Part shown: positions 52,960 to 64,000 of the stretch, one piece after another
How positions within the stretch are numbered: the stretch's first letter is position 1
Layout: each line of letters begins with the position of its first letter
Source: Tubiluchus corallicola
Taxonomy: Eukaryota; Animalia; Priapulida
Assembly: GCA_030141605.1 (NCBI GenBank)
Contig: JAQGDQ010000090.1
Location: 1 to 64,000, forward strand
Length of the DNA: 64,000 bases
Direction of reading: 5' to 3'
Notes under the pieces: generated by a model
What the model saw: only the letters and a program-made list of their open reading frames with translations
What the model was told of the DNA's origin: nothing
Database searches by the model: none
Position numbers and translations under genes: made by a program

Positions 52960-53139
52960 ATGGGAAAGGGCTCGTTTAAGTATGCCTGGGTGTTGGATAA
53001 ACTGAAGGCCGAACGTGAACGTGGTATCACCATCGACATTGCGTTGTGGAAATTCGAAACACCCAAGTTCTATATTACAATTATTGATGCCCCTGGACAT
53101 AGAGATTTTATCAAGAACATGATTACTGGTACATCACAG
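52960..53139 (+). CDS. EEF1A: EF1-alpha coding exon 2
   Basis: [44 protein letters not shown]|gtaaaa. Confidence 0.98.
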
Positions 53140-53356
53140 GTAAAACTGTCTAAAATTATTCTGGTTAAGTTAATTAAGATTAGTTATTTATTTTAATATT
53201 TGTAGTATAAAACGTGTTCAATTTAGAATGTGGTTGTAATATTTTTTTAAATAAAGATGCCCAAAAACTTTGTCTGCTGGTTTGTGTTGTGTGGGACATC
53301 ATATAATAGATAAATGTTGGGTTGATTGTGTAATTTGTCTAATTGCTTCTTACTAG

Positions 53357-53491
<135 letters not shown>

Positions 53492-54177
53492 TAAAACATC
53501 TTCATGTTTGCGATTTAACTGTTGACATGCATTATTATTTTTAGCAGGTTAAAAGAGAACAGGACCTAATGTTAGCTCAAGACAATCTACCATTAAATAT
53601 TGAAGGAGAACATACCAATTTTTAAGGAATGACTTGTGTGGCAAAGATCATGACAAAAACCTAATTTTTTCGTGTCGCTGTTACAAGCATTCGTTAGTTA
53701 GTTGGGCACCAGAGCCTACATTTCTGAAACGCGTTGTCTAAAAAGAGGTGCTGTGCCTGTAGCGCACATGTTCGAGAGCACAGCGATAAACTTTGAATTC
53801 TAAATTTTTAAACTTAGAATTAATAAATAAAATAATATTCTTCAAATGTTATGCAGTAAACTTGGACATTATTTTAGGTTATGCTTTTTACTGTATTTGA
53901 AAATAGGGTAGAATAAGGATTATCCTGGTTTGCTTTTAGCACGTTAGTAGTTAGGCAACAAAATAATTGTACAAAAAAAATTTATTGTAGTTAAAGTTAT
54001 GGTAAGGCTAGGGTAGTAATTAAGTATTCGAGATAATAAGATCTTCATAAGGTCACCTTACAATCAATATGAGTTTTTTAGTCAGAAAACTTGGTAAAAA
54101 TGCAGAATTTTGGTGTTTATCATAGATGAATTTTATTTCTATTTGCCATGTTAGTATGATAATTTGGTTTCTATCAG

Positions 54178-54498
54178 GTGTAAATAAGATGGACTCTACT
54201 GAACCACCCTACAGTGAAGCCCGTTTCAAGGAAATTGTCACCGAAGTGAGCAACTATATCAAGAAAATCGGATACAATCCCAAGAGCGTCCCATTTGTTC
54301 CCATTTCTGGCTGGCATGGTGACAACATGTTGGAGGGTTCATCCAACATGACCTGGTTCAAAGGATGGGAAATTGAGCGCAAGGAAGGCAATGCAAAGGG
54401 GATGACTCTGCTGGAAGCTTTGGACAATATTCTGCCACCGACGCGTCCTACCGCAAAGGCACTGCGTCTGCCTCTTCAGGATGTGTATAAGATTGGAG
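54178..54498 (+). CDS. EEF1A: EF1-alpha coding exon 4
   Basis: [28 protein letters not shown] g|gtgag. Confidence 0.98.
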
Positions 54499-54852
54499 GT
54501 GAGAAATTGGCTATGTGTTATTTTAATGCATAACTTATTGGAAAAAGCTTATAAACGTTATTTTGCCTTCATAAATGTACTCGTATTCACGTTTTTAATT
54601 AAAAAACTTAATTTGTGGAACAGTAGTGGGCTCAAGTTATCAAGTTTGTTCTAAAACGTAAATTTTGCAAAATTTGGAAACCAATGACAGTGGCAGAGTT
54701 GGAGCTCTTCTGAATTGCAAGATTTAGAAATTTTTATGACATCTAGAAATTTTTATGAAACATTTAGGCTAAAGGTTTGAACTAGGCTCGCTGACACATG
54801 CACTTCTCACATTTCTGTTCACAGTTAGTGCAATTTTGTTTTACTTGGCTAG

Positions 54853-55109
54853 GTATCGGCACCGTGCCTGTGGGTCGTGTTGAGACTGGAATTCTCAAAC
54901 CTGGAATGGTGGTGACATTTGCACCTGTCAATCTTACTACCGAAGTGAAGTCTGTCGAGATGCATCATGAAGCTCTGCCTGAAGCAGTGCCAGGCGACAA
55001 TGTGGGATTCAACGTGAAGAACGTCTCTGTTAAGGAAGTTCGACGTGGATATGTTTGTGGAGACTCTAAGAATGATCCACCCAAGGAAGCAAAGACTTTC
55101 ACTGCACAG
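54853..55109 (+). CDS. EEF1A: EF1-alpha coding exon 5
   Basis: [28 protein letters not shown]|gttag. Confidence 0.98.
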
Positions 55110-55727
55110 GTTAGCAGTAGTTTAATAACGCTGTCTATTGTCTAGTGATTTCTGTCGAAACTGACTACGCAAAGCAATGGAAGAGGAAGAACCAGTTGTG
55201 CGATTTAACTCTATTATAGTTTATACATGGGCCATTCCACCTCAAATGGACCAAGACTTTAGTTACTATCATCTCAGATTTGCTTCATACTTTCAAAATA
55301 TGTTTCTTCTATTACTATTAATAAAAGATACAGAAAACTAGCTTAATATAATTAATACTTTTAAAGATGTTCACTAAATAACGAAGAAAGGTCGTTACCT
55401 TTTTTGGTGTCTCTCGAGTCAGGCCCGAAATTTACAGCGTGCACTCTGTGTGTGTGTACACATGCACCAATTATAAAACTCATGACTGATGATCATTTTT
55501 ATGCAACACACTGGCAAAATCCCTAGCAAAAATGGTGCTAATTGTTTCGGGCCCTGTTTGACAGCATCTTAAATCCTGAAGGGATACTTCTATAGGTTTA
55601 GAGCTAGGAGTTCCAAAATTTTTTGTGTGTATCAGGCTCTGTCAATGTTGATTAAAATGGTACATGTGTACATAGAGAATGCGTAATTTCAGGCTTGTAG
55701 CTAAATTGATTTCTTTGCATTTTTTAG

Positions 55728-56090
55728 GTGATCATTCTGAACCATCCTGGACAGATTCAGAATGGTTATGCTCCAGTGCTTGATTGCCACACTGCTCACA
55801 TTGCCTGCAAATTTACTGAAATCAAAGAGAAGTGCGACCGTCGTTCTGGAAAGAAGCTGGAAGACAACCCTAAGTTTATCAAATCCGGAGATGCTGGCAT
55901 TGTCACCATGACACCAAGCAAACCTATGTGTGTTGAAGCTTTTAACGATTACGCACCTTTGGGTCGTTTTGCCGTTCGTGACATGAGACAGACCGTTGCC
56001 GTCGGAGTCATCAAGGCTGTCGACAAGATCGAAACTACCGGCAAGGTTACCAAGGCTGCTCAGAAGGCTACGGGAGCTAAGAAGAAGTGA
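55728..56090 (+). CDS. EEF1A: EF1-alpha terminal exon (463 aa total)
   Basis: [30 protein letters not shown]; AATAAA at 56442. Confidence 0.98.
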   Translation: MIILNHPGQIQNGYAPVLDCHTAHIACKFTEIKEKCDRRSGKKLEDNPKFIKSGDAGIVTMTPSKPMCVEAFNDYAPLGRFAVRDMRQTVAVGVIKAVDKIETTGKVTKAAQKATGAKKK

Positions 56091-56827
56091 TTGTGCCAGA
56101 ACTTTAGGAATTTAGGCACTCCTAATAAGAAATTGAAACAAATTACATGTAACATGCAAGTTAGCAAGTTTGTTCATAGGCTTATTTTATTTTTGCTGTC
56201 AGTATGGCTCATGACACATAAATGGAATTGGAAAGAATTCCGTAGGAAAAATGGCGGTGTACTTTTATTTGTGCCTATATGAAATTACTCTTTGAGTTTT
56301 ACAAGTCATAAAATAGTGTATAATATTATGGTATATTGAATCTTTGCAGTCGATGTTTTACGTGTATGTGTGTACACATTGTACTTCACTCTAACTGATT
56401 GGAAGGTTGATTCTTTTCAAAGTTCTGTACAATATTTCGCTAATAAATTATTGGAACCACATACTTTACTTAATTGTAATGTTTCTGTTAGCTGGGGGCA
56501 AATTGTTTTTATTTTTTGCAGAAGTTAAACTAATTTTTATTTGTACAGAACTCTAATATGTGAAGGTAATAAATGTGCTATGTATTATACTGAGAGAAGA
56601 ATGTCTTGCTAAATCATTGACTTAGTATTTGTTTTTTTGTATGATTTACCAAAATTGAAGATGAGTGATAATGAAGTCAAAATGGTGCGCGTGCGAAGGT
56701 TTAGGACTCTGGTAACTCTGAGATGTAGCCTTTACATTTGTCATTTTGGGAGCCAGAATAATTCTGAATTCATTTCACAGATATGTACCAGGACCGTACA
56801 TTTTGCACGTCACAAAAGTTCTATGAA

Positions 56828-57050
56828 AATCACAAAGTGGTGTGGGTGAATGAATTTAATTTGAACATATGGTCTATTACCAAATTTATGTCCACAAATG
56901 CAGACTAAAAAGTGAAATTGATAACAGAATTTATATCAATTTTTAGATCACACAAAATGCTGTGGGTGGGTGAATTTAATTTGCACACCTGCTTTATTAT
57001 CAAAATTTGTACAAAATGCAAACGTAAATAAATTCTGTATCAGCTAATAA
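56828..57050. repeat. About 120-bp degenerate tandem duplication
   Basis: atcaca..tgtgggtg..tgaatttaatttg..tatta.caaa..aaatgca occurs twice. Confidence 0.75.
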
Positions 57051-57534
57051 TTGAAACCAACGTTCTAGAGTTTGGTGAATAGGCTTACTGAAACAAGTGA
57101 AAGTGAAATGGTCAGTGTTTAGGGTTAGAGTGAAATTAATGCCATTTCAACCTGCAGTTTCTGTTTTATTCTAAATTTGAACAGTTCGTGCAATTTATAT
57201 CTAGCACAGGAAAATTGGATAAAACATACGAAGTCGAAGATGCAAATATCGATGGCTCTCTTTGATTCCCGTAATTAATAAATTTAGATGATGCGTCTGG
57301 CAGGTCGCGCGAGCTCCAGGTAGCACAGGACACTACTGAACAGCTTTTTGAATGTAAAGTTCGAGTATATCAACAAGTTGGGCCTATCTGTGCAAGATAT
57401 AAGAATGGAGAATAGAATGTATGTTAACGAGCTGTTGAAGCTAAAAATATAATTAAAGACGAGTGAGCGGTAAAGGCAAGTTGACGTAAAAGATATTTGA
57501 TGTGATTCGTAAAACGACTTGATGCTTGTTTGCT

Positions 57535-59906
57535 TGTCACTGGTGGCAAAGTGTAGGAAAAGGAATTCACGAAATTTTTGTTACGCATTTCGTTTTTGTG
57601 ATTAACGGCCACGCTGACGGCATCAAACGGCGTATGATTAAAAACTTGAGCCGCGCATTATCTATAATAATTGGCATCGCGCAATTTTGATAAGCTAAAA
57701 TTAGTAGAATATTTCAAATGAAAACAATTATTAGTTTAGAAAAAACTAAAAACATTCATGAAAACGAAAAATAGTTGTAGCAATAAGTTTGTATTGTGTA
57801 CTTGCAAATGTTTCTTCAGTTTTCTTGCAAGTAAAATTTTATTGTTCTTCCTGAGGAAAGAGCCTAGCTGACTGCATGATGGGCTGCCTACTATGTAAAA
57901 AATAATGCCTTTTTATTGATTTTTCTCTCCCTCCCTCCTTTAGAGAGGGAGGGAGAGAGAGACAGACACACACACACAGATCCTTTTGTTGAAGGTTCTG
58001 CCATTTGTTTCTTGGTCGTTTTACTCCGATGTGAGGCGGCGGATTTGGCATACTAAAAATTGCACCCATTTACGTGCCCTTCAATTAATCTATATAATTA
58101 CACATACATTATATTGTAAGTTTGTATATAAATAATGCACACACACAACAAATAATTGCATGCGGTGCTTCATTATATAAATAATCAATACAGTAGTAGA
58201 GATGAGTAGGACTGAACTGCCAGTATCATTTCATACTTTCTGTGGTCCATATTCTTTGGGTTAAGCGTATCCACAGCAAAGAATATGGACCACAGAAAGT
58301 AGGGAAAGTCCTACTGCGCAGCAGTTCACGCAGTTAGTGTCGCCCTAGCAGCACAGCAGTATGGACATTCCTATTTAATATGTTCTTATCAGGAAATATA
58401 ACTTGAAGAAATATTAGGCCTGACTTTCATGTGTAATATCTTTCATAGAAAAAAATCGATTTTTTCAGAAGAGCAAATAATTTTTCCAGCACAAAACTTA
58501 ATCTAAGCATCTGTATTTTGTTAATTCCAAGTCAAACGATGTTTAAAAAGCATATAATCATACATTGGCCTTTGTTATGAGTTGGAGTTGATTATAAAAT
58601 CACTTTGAACAAACAGAGATGCATTTACGACATTACTTATCTTTTTTATTATCAGTGAACAAAAAATAACAATACAAAACATCAGAGCTGTCATCCTAAG
58701 CAACCAACATTACTTCCACCTCTATAACAACCAACTACGTAACTAGGTCAAAATCAAGTTACGGAACAGGTGAGAAGCTAACCTGGCGCGTAAATTAGAA
58801 TCTGCATGTGGGTCATACCATCTTATATATAATGTGTAGACGTCACTTATATTTAGCCAAATTTTTTACGATTCAGTTAGGCTTACGTCAAAATAAGTGT
58901 TCATTAAAAACAGTTTGTTTACGCATAAAAAATGTACTTGTATAAGCGTACTAATAAAACACCTGTTCCAAAATCCATTGACAAGTCTTGATAAATATTA
59001 TTTATTGATGGGCTTAAATTAATTGATTTTATACAGGCCTAGGTGCTAAGGGCAATCATTTTATATAGTTAAATATATAGGCTCAGCTTCATAGAATCTT
59101 TGTATGTAATAATGCATACATCAAACATGTATGTGAGTGTGTGTGCATGGGTGTATCAAGATGTTACGACGTCCTGTGCTGGCAATTCAGTCCTACTCAT
59201 CTCTACTACTGTAACGATTATTTATATAAGAAGCACCATATGCAATTACTTGTGTGTGTGCATTATTTATATACAAACTTACAATATAATATATGTGTAA
59301 TTACATAGATTAATTGTAGAGTAAAACGACCAAGAAACAAATGACTGAACCTTCAACAAAAGAAAAAGAAGGATCTCTTTCTGTCTCTCTCTTTTTCTCT
59401 CTCTCCCTCCCTATCACTGTCTCTCTCCTCTTCTTCTCCCCCCTCTCTCTCCCTCCCTGTCTCTCTAAGAGAGGGAGGGAGAGAAAAATCAATAAAAAAT
59501 GCGTTACTTTTTTACATAGTAGGCAGCCCATCATGCAGTCAGCTAGCCTCTTTCCTCAGGAAGAACAATAAAATTTTACTTGCAAGAAAACTGAAGAAAT
59601 CTTTGCAAGTACATAATACAAACTTATTGCTACAATTTGTTTTCCTTTTCATTAAATGTTTTCAGTTTTTTGCTTAATAATTGCTTTTAGTTGAGATATT
59701 CTTCTTTTATTAAAAACACAAAAGTGATTTTGGCTTATCGAAATTGCGCGTATGCCACCAATATTGGTGAACTTAAGAATATTATTATTACATCAACGCG
59801 CTGCTCAAAATTTTTTGATGCCGCAGCATAGCCGCTAATCGCAAAAACGAAATACGTAACAATAGGCTAATTTCGTCACTTCCCTTTCTACACTTTGTCC
59901 ACGGTA
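57535..59906. repeat. Long inverted repeat: arms about 57535-58223 and 59179-59906
   Basis: For example gtaaaattttattgttcttcctgaggaaagag (left) versus ctctttcctcaggaagaacaataaaattttac (right). The mirrored ORF tails ..LHSRQPIMQSA..LFPQEEQ appear on opposite strands. Confidence 0.92.
58573..58820 (-). mobile_element. Solo LTR, second copy of the 25692-25936 family
   Basis: tgttatgagttggagttg...gggtcatacca; flanks cctt / tctt. Confidence 0.8.
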
Positions 59907-60274
59907 AGATTAAGAGGTCCCTTATTGCTTGTCGGGTGTTAATTTTAAATTGCTTTTAAATTGAATCAGATAATATCAGTAATCACTAATTCACCATATT
60001 ACAAGGTTTCTCTAAGGTTTGCATTTACAGAAATTCTTAGGTACATAGATGGGACTAGGACTAGATTTGTGCATGGTTCGCTGAATCTTTTAGCGTTTAG
60101 TAATAAATTATTTACCAACAAAGATTGTTGTAAATATTCATTTGGACCACTCGTCTAGTGGAATAATTTAATGTACATTCATATAGACACCGTGAAGTTC
60201 AAACTAGTAATACAAGGCTTTGACCTGTTAATTATAAGTTACAAGGATTTTTGTAAGTTAACCCTGTCGACTCC

Positions 60275-60830
60275 ATGGAATCTCGATTACTTGAAGCCAT
60301 AAATGGTCTTAAAAATACCATGGTCTTAGAATTTGATAACATGAGAATGGAACTTGATAGTCTAACCTCAAGCCAACAATTCATTGCTGCTCAATACGAA
60401 GACATCAAAAATGACCACCAACACATTAAGTAGGAATTAGACGAAACCAAAAAAGAAAACCATGCATTAAGACTCGCTCTAGATGAAGTTGTTACAAAAC
60501 TTCAACACACAGAATGTGAACTAGATACTCTTGAGCAGTACACTCGCAGGGACTGTTTGCTGATTAGCGGTGTTCCACCAATGGAAAACGTAAGAACGGA
60601 TGATATTGTGGTGAAACTTGGCGGTTTGATGGGACTAAATGTTACTTAATAGCGATATTAGTATCTCGCATTGAGTTCCATCATTGAAGGGACCAAATCC
60701 CATTGTAAAATTTCTGAAGAAGAGGGGCAAGAGACATGTTCTACAGATCCCGAATGGAAACACCAGACCTTCACAAGCTAGGCATTCCTAAAAATGGCAA
60801 AATCTTCATCAGTGAATGTCTAACACGGTG
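60275..60830 (+). mobile_element. Decayed LINE ORF1 (coiled coil and RRM-like)
   Basis: SQQFIAAQYED..LEQYTRRDCLLISGVP..DISISH..IVKF..IFISECLT with in-frame stops. Confidence 0.75.
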
Positions 60831-60862
60831 CAGAATTTGCACCAACATATAATGCACCTTGT

Positions 60863-61074
60863 TGTAGGCGCATCTGTGGCGGGAATGTAAAGCTTTTGGT
60901 TTTGGTCAGTTTTCAGTTTGTTACCTGCTAGTCACCTGTCTGTTTTACTCACCTGTGCTCTGAACAGTCAGGTTAATCCACTTAATGGGAACTGTTAAAT
61001 ATTTATGTACTGATTATGTTACAATAAAGCATTCAGTGGTATTAACCTCTGTTGACAGTGTTTCTGTGACTACA
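60863..61074 (+). mobile_element. Solo-LTR-like insertion
   Basis: TGTAG...CTACA termini and internal AATAAA; flanked by an ~80-bp direct repeat. Confidence 0.55.
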
Positions 61075-61559
61075 TTCCTAAAAATGGCAAAATCTTTATC
61101 AGTGAATGTCTAACACGGTGCAGAATTTGCACCAACATATGTGCATTAATGCACCTCGTTATAAAGCCAAACTCACTGTAATACCAACTTTTTTGCAGTC
61201 CCAACATAGGCATTATAAAGAGGCTTGACTGTATCTATACATTAATACTGCAAAATACGGCACTGCGATACACTGAGACACCTTGCCTGATAACTAAGTA
61301 TGTGTTCAATATCGTTTTTATCGTTCTAAATAATTTATCGTATCGTATCGTCTGAAAAACAGATTATCGATATCGCATCATTGGAAAAAAAGTTTGCGCC
61401 TTTAGCAGTCCTGCTTTGGTTATTTGTTTTTTGCATTGTTGATACTGAAACATTGCTACACATTAAATTAATGAAACTTTGATTGAAGAAGTAGCTACTT
61501 TGGATGCTTTGGCTTATCATAGCTTTATTCCTTTTTAATGCCTTACAGGAATTAGATGC

Positions 61560-61654
61560 ATGTCTCTGCCATTGTCGGATAGCGATAGCGACGATGAGCT
61601 TCCTGCTGGTTGGGAAGAACGAGTTACGACTGATGGGCGGGTTTTCTATGCTAA
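61560..61654 (+). CDS. WWOX: WW domain-containing oxidoreductase, coding exon 1
   Basis: [31 protein letters not shown] aa|gtatgc. Confidence 0.93.
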
Positions 61655-62027
61655 GTATGCAGTAAACATGTCTGTTGTTAGAAGTTTGCAAGTTGAAGGT
61701 TATGTTTTATTTAAAGGTCATTCATTGATCTGTGTGATGAGTTGCTGTCATTGCTCAGGTTGTAATGTTCAAAATTCAGGACAATTGTCCTAAGCCAGAA
61801 TAGGATCTGCATTGTTGCTTGACAGAAAATCAAACAGTTTTGGGAAAACTCTGTTTTGCCTGTTCCTGGAAATAATTAAGATTTCTTCCGGGCTTTGAAA
61901 AAGACTATATTAATTAGAAATTTGGCTTGAGAAATTTCAGACTATACTGAAATTTAGCAGTCAACATAATCATATATTTTCATAGCAATTTTAAACAGAA
62001 TTCTCACTTTCTTTCTCCATGTTTTAG

Positions 62028-62092
62028 TCACGTAGAAAAAAGGACGCAGTGGACACATCCTAGAACTAAGAAGAAGAAACGTGTATCTGGAG
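62028..62092 (+). CDS. WWOX: WWOX exon 2
   Basis: HVEKRTQWTHPRTKKKKRVSG g|gtaggg; end of WW1 and NLS. Confidence 0.93.
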
Positions 62093-62455
62093 GTAGGGTA
62101 ATTACTTTTACATCTTTCAATTTATTTTTTCTTTTTTGGACATGACAGAAATTAATAACTTGTGTGTTCTCTATAGGTTTTAATGGGTGCCAGCTTATAA
62201 GGGTTTAGCTTGTCATTATGTCATTACTACATGTTATTATATTATTATTAGTGCTTACTGTTTACACAATGATGTAATATGTATACTTTTGAACTAACAG
62301 AAGAGACATTTTAATGTAAGACGCAGTTTGATGGATTTCACATCTAATATGACTTAGTCATCTTTTTATTATTAAAAAATATTAAAAGCTGGGCTAACCC
62401 TTTCAATTTATATCTCATGTTTTTGCTGTAGTAAATTGTGCTTGTTTTTCACCAG

Positions 62456-62513
62456 AATTACCATATGGGTGGGAAAGGAAAATAACAGAAGATGGACATG
62501 TGTTCTTTGTTGA
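62456..62513 (+). CDS. WWOX: WWOX exon 3
   Basis: LPYGWERKITEDGHVFFV ga|gtgagt; WW2. Confidence 0.93.
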
Positions 62514-62877
62514 GTGAGTGCATTCTAGCTTTTAATGTGGATAAGTTGGCAAAAATTCACTGCATAACTCTGGTGGGAAGTAGAAATAGTTTTTTCTTGT
62601 AGGTGTATGCACACATTCTCGGTTGACAGAAGCCGTGACAAGGCCTGCACTCATTGCCACAAAAATACTATAACAATCAAACAGAATTGTATCAATATCT
62701 TATTTGTAAAGAAGTAGTTTGTCATCTGATTCAGCTATACTGACATTCTTAGATTTTTTGAAAACCTGTCATTTTTAGCACTTCTACTTATTGTCAACAT
62801 GTCTTTTTGTGTTGTATTGTAGTAATAATAACCACAATAGAATAAAGCCATAATCACTAAAATTTGTAAAATCTTAC

Positions 62878-62935
62878 CTGAGCCTAGATTTGAATCAGGG
62901 ACTCTTTAGATTACAAGTCCAATGCCGTGACATCC
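62878..62935 (-). mobile_element. tRNA-derived SINE head fragment
   Basis: Minus strand gcattggacttgtaatctaaagagtccctgattcaaatctagg resembles a tRNA anticodon/T arm with a degenerate B box. Confidence 0.4.
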
Positions 62936-63031
62936 GTGTGTTTATTCCATTAGTAATAATGATATTGTTATTAACATTTGTCATTCCTTAGAGTTTTGCA
63001 AATAATATCATACGAAATTTACATTTTCTAG

Positions 63032-63213
63032 TCACATCAAGAAGAAAACTACATTTTCTGATCCTCGGCTGGCTTTTGCTGTGGAGGATAAAAGTGTCGA
63101 TGAAGTGGAGATTAGACAGAGGTTTGATGGCAGCAGTTCGGCACTTCAGATTCTTGCTGGTCGAGACCTGACCGGAAAATATGTGATTGTCACGGGTGCA
63201 AACAGTGGAATAG
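63032..63213 (+). CDS. WWOX: WWOX exon 4
   Basis: [49 protein letters not shown] g|gttat; start of the SDR TGxxxGxG motif. Confidence 0.95.
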
Positions 63214-63828
63214 GTTATACTGCTAACAATTTCTTTTCTTCAATATAAATTAACTTTTAAATTTAGCAGTAGATGGCAGTGGCTCAGCTCTTCAGATTCT
63301 TTCCTGTTGAGTCTTTACCGTTATAAATGTGTTTGAAACTGATGCAAACTGTGGAACAATTTTTTTGGTTTCTTGAAAGTTAATTGCTTCTTAAATTGAG
63401 CCGTAGATGGCAGCAGCATAGTTCAGAGCTGAAAAGCTTCTTCAGATTGTTTCCTGAGAGTGAGAGAGACAGAAAGAGAAGGAGAAGTAGTCATCTAACT
63501 TAAAGTAGACCATTATTGAGTAGATGATCATTATTATGGAATTTATATTATATAAAGACTTTTCGCTCCTCTTTATATAACATCACAATTTCTCTATAGC
63601 CTTTTTTTAATCAAGGTCACGCTGAAAGCATTTTAGAATTTTGTGCAAACTAAAGATGTTCAGAATTCTTAAACTCTTATGTTGTGTAAAGAAAAGCTTT
63701 TTGCACAAGAAGATTCACAATTGCGCACAAAGAAAAGAAATCCAGGGTAGCTGAGCTAGAGTATTAGGCCAGATGCAAATTACTTTTCTAGTGGTCACTC
63801 TGTTACTCTGAAAATCTTTTGCTAATAG

Positions 63829-63935
63829 GTTATGAAACTGCAAGATCATTGGCTACGCATGGTGCACATGTTGTTCTCGCTTGCAGAAACATGAAAAAAG
63901 CCCAAACAGCCGTCTGCAACATTCTCATAGAACGG
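63829..63935 (+). CDS. WWOX: WWOX exon 5 (gene continues beyond the window)
   Basis: [26 protein letters not shown]|gtaagt. Confidence 0.95.
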
Positions 63936-64000
63936 GTAAGTGTTACTTGTACAGGGTGGTGAGAAGTTGTAGGCTTTGCTAGAGTTCCAGTGATTTGTGA

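Noticed and set aside
57839-59571. Paired ORFs ending LFPQEEQ on opposite strands
   Set aside because: A by-product of the inverted repeat, with no protein-family features.
62878-62935. Functional tRNA gene
   Set aside because: No acceptor stem or D arm; treated as a SINE-like relic only.

Overview
AT-rich, intron-rich animal (invertebrate-like) nuclear DNA; no prokaryotic features. Gene order: (1) the last three exons of an unidentified + strand gene with an EHNY HCF-1-binding-type motif and a C-terminal leucine zipper (1176-3610); (2) a complete 17-exon, about 793-aa GABA-B-like class C GPCR (+, 15560-38672); (3) MRPS14 (-, 48256-41034); (4) EEF1A (+, TOP/TCT start about 48594, CDS 51963-56090), head-to-head with MRPS14; (5) the first five coding exons of WWOX (+, 61560 to window end). 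Introns and intergenic DNA carry decayed LINEs, an Academ-like transposase relic, hAT- and Sola2-like MITEs, solo LTRs, a 48-bp minisatellite and many microsatellites. The most unusual recurring pattern is 'exon echoes': in four unrelated loci the 3' end of a coding exon, with its donor or stop, is repeated as degenerate tandem copies immediately downstream. Also notable are a GABA-B-like receptor with an altered ligand pocket and several inverted-repeat structures inside its pre-mRNA. All exon models were built by eye from GT-AG sites and frame continuity. Family names come from remembered motifs, not database searches.
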